Part shown: piece by piece, positions 48,284 to 52,187 of the stretch
How the letters are laid out: every line of letters begins with the position of its first letter
Position numbering within the stretch: position 1 is the stretch's first letter
Source: an uncultured virus (IMG/VR IMGVR_UViG_3300009128_000001)
Lineage: Duplodnaviria; Heunggongvirae; Uroviricota; Caudoviricetes
IMG/VR virus record: IMGVR_UViG_3300009128_000001
Length of the DNA: 52,187 bases
Strand: one strand, 5' to 3'
Made by a program: the position numbers and the translations under genes
The notes under the pieces: model-generated
Told to the model about the DNA's origin: nothing
The model's database searches: none
The model's input: only the letters and a program-made list of their open reading frames with translations

Positions 48284-49024
48284 CTATGGTAATCGTTTAT
48301 AAGGCGGTTTCGTTCTAATATACCTATCTAACATGCCCTGTCTCTGTATATTAACCTTATAATCCTGAATTGGATTTTCATTATTGTAAACATAAAGGAT
48401 TTCATGCACATATCTATGCCGAGGCCCAGCCATCTCCAATATTGGCAACATAAAGCTGAGATCCCAAGCCATGTCTAACCATTTTCCACGCGGATCATAA
48501 AAATCTTCTTTTCTTATTTTGGCAAAAATCCATTTATAAAATGTTCTTAAATGGGAGGCTCGCCACTGCGCTCTGCGAAAAGTGTTTTGTTGTACGATCA
48601 TTGGTTCAAACGGTCTGCAACATCCTCTTGAGCCCTGAGGAGAGTCCTGGTATGAACCGTATGTCATCCATACGTTAGGGTCCGAATATACAGAGTTTAT
48701 TTTCTTCAGCACATTAGGGGTAGCAAACCAATCATCCCCATCCAAGGTAATAATAACCTCGTCATCTTCACATGAATGGATTATATCATACAGATTATGC
48801 ATTGCCCCTTTACGATCTTTGTTACGTATGAGCTTTATCAATTTCTCCTTATTATGTTTAGAGATAAAGTCTTCTACTAATTGTCCGGTATTATCTGGCG
48901 AACAATCATCCACATAAATAACCCTAAAATTATCATAATTTTGGGAAATTATAGAGGATAAATTTTTTTCATACCATTTGCTGTTTTTGTAGCTAGGCAC
49001 AACTATAACAATTTTTTTGTTCAT
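48284..49024 (-). CDS. GT2-family glycosyltransferase (likely start 49024)
   Basis: IVVPSY, VDDCSPDNT, LDGDDW, LYVYN; GAGG SD. Confidence 0.88.
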   Translation of the reverse strand: MNKKIVIVVPSYKNSKWYEKNLSSIISQNYDNFRVIYVDDCSPDNTGQLVEDFISKHNKEKLIKLIRNKDRKGAMHNLYDIIHSCEDDEVIITLDGDDWFATPNVLKKINSVYSDPNVWMTYGSYQDSPQGSRGCCRPFEPMIVQQNTFRRAQWRASHLRTFYKWIFAKIRKEDFYDPRGKWLDMAWDLSFMLPILEMAGPRHRYVHEILYVYNNENPIQDYKVNIQRQGMLDRYIRTKPPYKRLP

Positions 49025-49055
49025 ATAATAACCCTCGTTTTTTTTCGCATTCATT

Positions 49056-49070
49056 CGTTATATATATCAC
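49056..49070. promoter_or_regulatory. Overlapping divergent promoter-like motif
   Basis: CGTTATATA on + and TGATATATA on - between divergent genes. Confidence 0.45.
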
Positions 49071-49111
49071 AGTACAGACACTAATAACGCCAAAACAAAC
49101 TCGAAAAAATT

Positions 49112-50077
49112 ATGAGCGACAACAAAGTACTTATAAATATAGTGTATGCCCCTCAAAAAGGGCCTCCACACAAAGTATATTCCAATGAGCGTGGAGAAAT
49201 TTGGCATAGTAAAAAGAAAGATCCGAAAAAAATTAACATCGGAATGGGCTGGTATTCTATAAGAAACCCCAAACCTGGCGATAATATATTAGTTGTTGAA
49301 CCTAGATGTGTGCTGGAAAGAGATTATCGTATAGATTTTGTTAGAAGATTTAGACACATATTTACATGGGCGCACAAAGCTTTCCCACAGCCAAAACTAA
49401 AAAACAAAATCGTACCAATAAATCATCCAAGCTGTGCGTACCTGCTTAATAAAAAAAATATCGGTAATGATTGGCTGCCATGGAACAGGCGGTCTAATGA
49501 AATTGTTATTGTTGCTAATAATAAAAGCTCTCAACACAACTCCGAGCTATATTCATTAAGAAAACAATTAGCAGACTTATTCAGCAGAAACAAAACTTTC
49601 AAAGTTTCATGGTATGGTCAAATACCCATGAAAAACACATCCTATTATAAAGGAAATATCAAATCAAAACATCAGATATTAAAAAGAGCTAAATTTTCTA
49701 TCTGTACCGAAAATTCATATCATCCAGTGTTTTCTCACAATTATTTCACGGAAAAAATGCCGGAAGTTTGGGCTGCCGGATGTATACCGTTATATATGGG
49801 GTGCTATAATATAAATCGTTTTGGCTTCCCAGAAAATTCATACATTGATCTTCGGAGGTATGTTAAAATACAGAATGGTCGGGCCGCAGCCAAGGGAAAA
49901 TATACAATAGCAATTAATAAGCTCATGCAAGTGATGACAGCCTGCAACAAACATAAATACACAAAGTTCGTAAATTCAGTCAAAAACGAAGTTCTGACAC
50001 CAGAATGTTTGTTCCATCATATATCGCCATACAGAGTGTATGACACAATGATTAATACATTTTATAAAGGGGGCTAA
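49112..50077 (+). CDS. GT10 alpha-1,3-fucosyltransferase-like protein
   Basis: LY..R, KFSICTENS....YFTEKM....AGCIPLYMG, P.NSYID. Confidence 0.8.
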   Translation: MSDNKVLINIVYAPQKGPPHKVYSNERGEIWHSKKKDPKKINIGMGWYSIRNPKPGDNILVVEPRCVLERDYRIDFVRRFRHIFTWAHKAFPQPKLKNKIVPINHPSCAYLLNKKNIGNDWLPWNRRSNEIVIVANNKSSQHNSELYSLRKQLADLFSRNKTFKVSWYGQIPMKNTSYYKGNIKSKHQILKRAKFSICTENSYHPVFSHNYFTEKMPEVWAAGCIPLYMGCYNINRFGFPENSYIDLRRYVKIQNGRAAAKGKYTIAINKLMQVMTACNKHKYTKFVNSVKNEVLTPECLFHHISPYRVYDTMINTFYKGG

Positions 50078-52187
50078 ATACAAAATAGGGTAGAAAGTGC
50101 CGCCTGGGTCTCTTCTACATATTCGCTTATAGTCGCATTTTTATTTGTTATTTCCAGCGCCTTATTAATGCCGTCTCGTATAGACCCTTCAGACGGAATC
50201 TTTATAGAATTTCTCTCGTCATCTCTAACAATAAGAGAACAGCCATCATTACCCGCAACATAATGATTGGAGCTGGCGATTGGTTTGCCAAAAGCAAGGG
50301 ATAACTTTAAAAATGATGAACAATAATCACCCTCTAGCGGCAAGTCTACAATACATTTAGCATTCTGGATTAAATATAATAATTTGTCATAGGGCAGGTA
50401 CTCATTAACAGGAATGATATGATCTTTGACCATACCTTTTACACCAATCAATACTATATTGGGCATTCCTGGGCTCCAACAACTTATTAATCGGCGCACC
50501 ATCTCATCGTCCCTATGAAATGCCAATACAAAATTTATCCTTGAAAAATATTTAATTGGAGTAGGATCAATATACGGTAATGGCTTGTGCATTAATTTAA
50601 CGATAGAATCTGTGCATTTTTCATCCAAAAACTGCACATTAGATTCTGATGGGCTGAAGATTATTTTAGCATCTTTAAGTATTTTTAAATCACCGTCTGA
50701 AATTTTATCTTCGTTGAAAACATCAATCCAGATTCTACCAGCTTGTTTTAAATTGCCCGCTTTTCCAATCAACAACAAATCTTCAAAAGATATATTTGCC
50801 AACATGTCAGAATGCATGAAATTAATTTTTGGCAAAAACGATCCAACCTTTTTAATCCATCTTGTTCCAGATATTGTTGTTGACGTGACTGCTCCAGAAA
50901 TATCATCATAAGTTGCCGGAACATCTCTAATAAAATTCTCTCTAAAAAACTTCTTAGAAGACAAGTAAATAGGGTCATTATGATAACGCTCAGAATCTAT
51001 CTCGCAATATGAATGTATACAGGCATGACTTACAAGCTGGCCATTAATTATAATCTTTTCTTTTTCTCTGGCTCGGAAATCTGGCCCTCTTATAATCAAA
51101 ATTCGCTCTATTAAAATTTCTCCTTGACAATCATTAGGAGTTAATATGTGTAATTTCCCGATTTGACCAGGAGGAATCGAATCTGTCTTTACGGATATAT
51201 ATTTGTCTGATGCATTATTGTGAAATATAACTTTTTCTCTTGTTGTCGGCGCGTCAGAATTAGAAGATACGCCAAAATATATGCGGCCATTGCCATTTAT
51301 TTTCTTTGCAGTGATAACACTAATATAATCAGTATCTGGCGACAATGCCGATAATGGCAGCGTTGTTTTGCATCCATTTCTAACTAATAAATATTCTTTG
51401 CCATTACTGAATATATATTTTATAGACTTGCTTTTAATAGATTTAAACTTATCAAACCCCTTCATTCGAGAGGAATCATAAATAACACTATCAGTAAAGT
51501 TTGATAAATTATTTTTTACTTTGTATATTGGCTCGGGAGAAATATCATTAAGAATCGGGTTTTTTACACGATCATATTCTTCCTTCTTAACTGCCATTAA
51601 GCCTTGTGGTGATGGGGCATCACGATGTTTATATAATTTCTTTCTAGGCTTTCTGGGCGTCTCTACTAATTTATCTTTAAATATGATATTTACTATTTCA
51701 CACGCATCAGAAAATCTTAAAATATTCCCTTCATCCCTGCAAATGCTCGGCGGCCGAGTTATTACCTTTTTTATATTACGTGATTTTATATAGGCGCCAG
51801 AGGATACGAATAACTTATTTTTTACAATACGCAATCCGCGATGACGACCACACTTGTGCAAGATCGCCCGCCAATCCAAGGGGCCTGATTTAAGATTTTT
51901 ATTGTCATCTTTTTTCGCGGCGGCCTTTCCTACCGCCGATTTTAAGTCTTTTCTTTTAGGTTTTCGCGCCCCCTTGTTCTTACGAGCCGCCTTTTTATCC
52001 TTGATTGCTGTGGCGGGATTTGTGTTAGTATCATCTTTGGTTGTTTCAGCTGGCACCGTTTCATCTGGTGCGGCTGGTACAGGTGGCGCAGGTGTTAATT
52101 CGGCAGATGTTAATTCGGGCGCCGTCACTTCATCTGTTGCCCCCTCTGTGTTTTCTGCTAATGTTAGAACTATGCCGATTAAATCTA
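50074..52187 (-). CDS. Large hypothetical protein, 5' end outside window; P/A/T/E- and K-rich linker; possible degenerate GT-B C-terminus
   Basis: Frame stays open upstream of GTG 52128 to the window edge; C-terminal IFSPS..N, YLPYD.L..LI..A, FGKPIASSN faintly resemble GT4. Confidence 0.6.
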   Translation of the reverse strand, partial: DLIGIVLTLAENTEGATDEVTAPELTSAELTPAPPVPAAPDETVPAETTKDDTNTNPATAIKDKKAARKNKGARKPKRKDLKSAVGKAAAKKDDNKNLKSGPLDWRAILHKCGRHRGLRIVKNKLFVSSGAYIKSRNIKKVITRPPSICRDEGNILRFSDACEIVNIIFKDKLVETPRKPRKKLYKHRDAPSPQGLMAVKKEEYDRVKNPILNDISPEPIYKVKNNLSNFTDSVIYDSSRMKGFDKFKSIKSKSIKYIFSNGKEYLLVRNGCKTTLPLSALSPDTDYISVITAKKINGNGRIYFGVSSNSDAPTTREKVIFHNNASDKYISVKTDSIPPGQIGKLHILTPNDCQGEILIERILIIRGPDFRAREKEKIIINGQLVSHACIHSYCEIDSERYHNDPIYLSSKKFFRENFIRDVPATYDDISGAVTSTTISGTRWIKKVGSFLPKINFMHSDMLANISFEDLLLIGKAGNLKQAGRIWIDVFNEDKISDGDLKILKDAKIIFSPSESNVQFLDEKCTDSIVKLMHKPLPYIDPTPIKYFSRINFVLAFHRDDEMVRRLISCWSPGMPNIVLIGVKGMVKDHIIPVNEYLPYDKLLYLIQNAKCIVDLPLEGDYCSSFLKLSLAFGKPIASSNHYVAGNDGCSLIVRDDERNSIKIPSEGSIRDGINKALEITNKNATISEYVEETQAALSTLFCI

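Noticed and set aside
10088..51793. Other short ORFs nested antisense or out of frame within assigned genes
   Set aside because: Fully overlapped by genes with clear family motifs; no independent motif or start evidence.
1..52187. Genome-wide stop-codon reassignment
   Set aside because: TAA, TAG and TGA all end genes at expected family C-termini, TGA often in ATGA overlaps, and coding density is already near complete under code 11.
1..52187. Eukaryotic giant virus (NCLDV) origin suggested by the glycosylation genes
   Set aside because: SD motifs, translational coupling, intrinsic terminators, sigma factor and DnaB/DnaC indicate a prokaryotic expression system. A plasmid-like or prophage state cannot be excluded, since no capsid or terminase is in the window.
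1..52187. tRNA, rRNA, CRISPR array, integrase/transposase, reverse transcriptase/DGR
   Set aside because: None recognised; intergenic gaps are short and show no cloverleaf or repeat-spacer pattern by eye.

Overview
This 52-kb window most likely comes from a large (jumbo-type) bacteriophage or phage-plasmid. The evidence is near-gapless minus-strand genes with Shine-Dalgarno sites and ATGA overlaps, intrinsic terminators, standard code 11, and no ribosomal or dcw genes. It has three blocks. (1) 1-9.8 kb holds four Gly/Thr/Asp-rich fibre-like genes that share modules; the first runs off the window and is missing from the ORF track. Two tandem terminators separate this block from the rest. (2) 10-25.5 kb is a replication/regulation block: winged-helix protein, LAGLIDADG endonuclease, methionine aminopeptidase, class II RNR with a 412-aa intein, sigma-70-like factor, FmdB zinc ribbon, DnaB, DnaC-like loader, Sm-like protein, UvsW-like helicase and a TubZ/PhuZ-like tubulin. 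(3) About 23-52 kb is a very large glycan-tailoring locus: rmlB, gmd, fcl, a DegT aminotransferase, WbqC, a GNAT, four methyltransferases, GT10- and GT11-type fucosyltransferases, further GTs, and eight sulfotransferase-fold proteins. No Wzx/Wzy/ABC export genes are visible. The best candidate for an undescribed system is this virus-encoded sulfated/fucosylated glycan machinery, possibly acting on the neighbouring DGY-rich fibres. Other oddities are an in-frame UGA in a glycosyltransferase behind a strong SD, a perfect 30-bp duplication of a translational-coupling site, and a recurring YGWTATATA motif at putative promoters. All calls come from motifs read by eye; no searches were run.
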